From Chitinophagales bacterium (GTDB lineage Bacteria > Bacteroidota > Bacteroidia > Chitinophagales > BACL12): a stretch of DNA of 64,000 nt. The notes beneath the pieces are model-generated. The model was not told where the DNA came from, ran no database searches, and saw only the letters and a program-made list of their open reading frames with translations. This document shows, in pieces, positions 63,357 through 64,000 of the stretch; the first letter of the stretch is position 1, and every line of letters starts with the position of its first letter. A program made the position numbers and the translations under genes. The DNA is taken from assembly GCA_019694895.1 (NCBI GenBank), contig JAIBBA010000003.1:2313-66312 (forward strand), given 5' to 3'.

Positions 63357-64000
63357 ATGAAAAATAAAATATTAATTGCAGTCACCGCACTCGCCATTTC
63401 CGGTTTTACGTTGAGCTCATGTTTCAACGACCTTGACCTGGCGCCGCCAAGTGGCATCAATGCCGAAACGGTGTACAACAATCCGGATAATTATGTCCAT
63501 GTATTGGCTAAATTATACGCAGGGCTTTCCATTTCCGGCAACCAGGGGCCTGCGGGTAATCCTGATATCGCCGGTATCGATGAAGGTTTCTCGCAATACA
63601 TTCGCGTATTGTGGAACCTGCAAGAGGCAACAACTGATGCCGCAAAATGCGCGTGGAACGACCCGGGTATTCCTGAATTAAATAAAATGCAGTGGTCAAG
63701 TACCAACTCATTTGTAAATGCGATGTATTATCGTATTTATTTCCAAATTCCGTTGTGTAATGAATTTATCCGCGAATCGGCAGATGCAAAAATGTCTGAG
63801 CGCGGATTTTCTGATGCAGAGCAAACTACTATTCGCGGTTATCGTACCGAAGCGCGTTTCCTCCGTGCATTGAGTTATTATCACGCATTGGACCTTTTTG
63901 GAAATGTTCCATTCATTACTGAAGACGATGTTGTTGGTGCTTTCTATCCCGAAAGGATAACACGTGCCGAGCTATTTAATTATGTTGAGTCTGAATTATT
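63357..64000 (+). CDS. SusD/RagB-family lipoprotein (partial, runs off the right edge)
   Basis: Starts 11 nt after the susC-like stop. My translation is MKNKILIAVTALAISGFTLSSCFNDLDLAPPSGINAETVYNNPDNYVHVLAKLYAGLS...TEARFLRALSYYHALDLFGNVPF. It has a lipobox plus SusD-like N-terminal helices. Confidence 0.9.
   Translation, partial: MKNKILIAVTALAISGFTLSSCFNDLDLAPPSGINAETVYNNPDNYVHVLAKLYAGLSISGNQGPAGNPDIAGIDEGFSQYIRVLWNLQEATTDAAKCAWNDPGIPELNKMQWSSTNSFVNAMYYRIYFQIPLCNEFIRESADAKMSERGFSDAEQTTIRGYRTEARFLRALSYYHALDLFGNVPFITEDDVVGAFYPERITRAELFNYVESEL

Noticed and set aside
1-64000. Mobile element, prophage or defence island
   Set aside because: I saw no transposase, integrase, phage structural, restriction-modification, toxin-antitoxin or known defence gene signature, and no long terminal inverted repeats. 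The helicase-nuclease at 43843-46956 looks like a conserved repair-type gene rather than a defence cassette.

Overview
This 64-kb window looks like an ordinary chromosomal segment of a Bacteroidota genome. The phylum call rests on several type-IX-secretion (T9SS) C-terminal sorting domains, a SusC/SusD pair, a 289-aa primary sigma factor and candidate TTG...TAnnTTTG promoters. I cannot resolve the taxonomy any further. About 50 protein genes fill almost all of the sequence. I found no rRNA, tRNA, CRISPR array, transposase, integrase, phage genes or recognisable defence island. Housekeeping genes recognised with confidence are rpoD, nadB, asd, ppa, a 3-methyladenine DNA glycosylase, a LutB-type Fe-S protein, a GT3 glycogen synthase and a UvrD-type helicase fused to a Cas4/AddB-like nuclease. 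Envelope and secretome genes include five type-A T9SS cargo proteins plus a lamin-tail-domain protein with a type-B-like CTD. There is also a 2046-aa alpha-2-macroglobulin with a CAEQ thioester motif, a CPBP protease, an LPS-core-like GT2 plus O-antigen-ligase pair, two ECF sigma/anti-sigma pairs and an ABC-2 exporter. The right end carries a SusC/SusD locus with no CAZyme in the part visible here. It is flanked by an FG-GAP/ASPIC protein and a lipoprotein with a C-terminal c-type cytochrome domain. The most unusual sequence-level signals are three. (1) The 600-bp intergenic mosaic at 50650-51240 contains two tandem ~150-bp units whose internal hairpin loop is exactly inverted between copies, plus a G-quadruplex-type G-run and several perfect micro-tandem repeats. 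(2) An out-of-frame 58-codon relic at 54520-54696 is homologous to the C-terminus of the adjacent cytochrome-c-domain gene, and its substitution pattern looks like past coding constraint. (3) The SusCD/ASPIC/cytochrome-c neighbourhood itself. I do not see a clear-cut novel multi-gene system. The findings below are candidates, not demonstrations.
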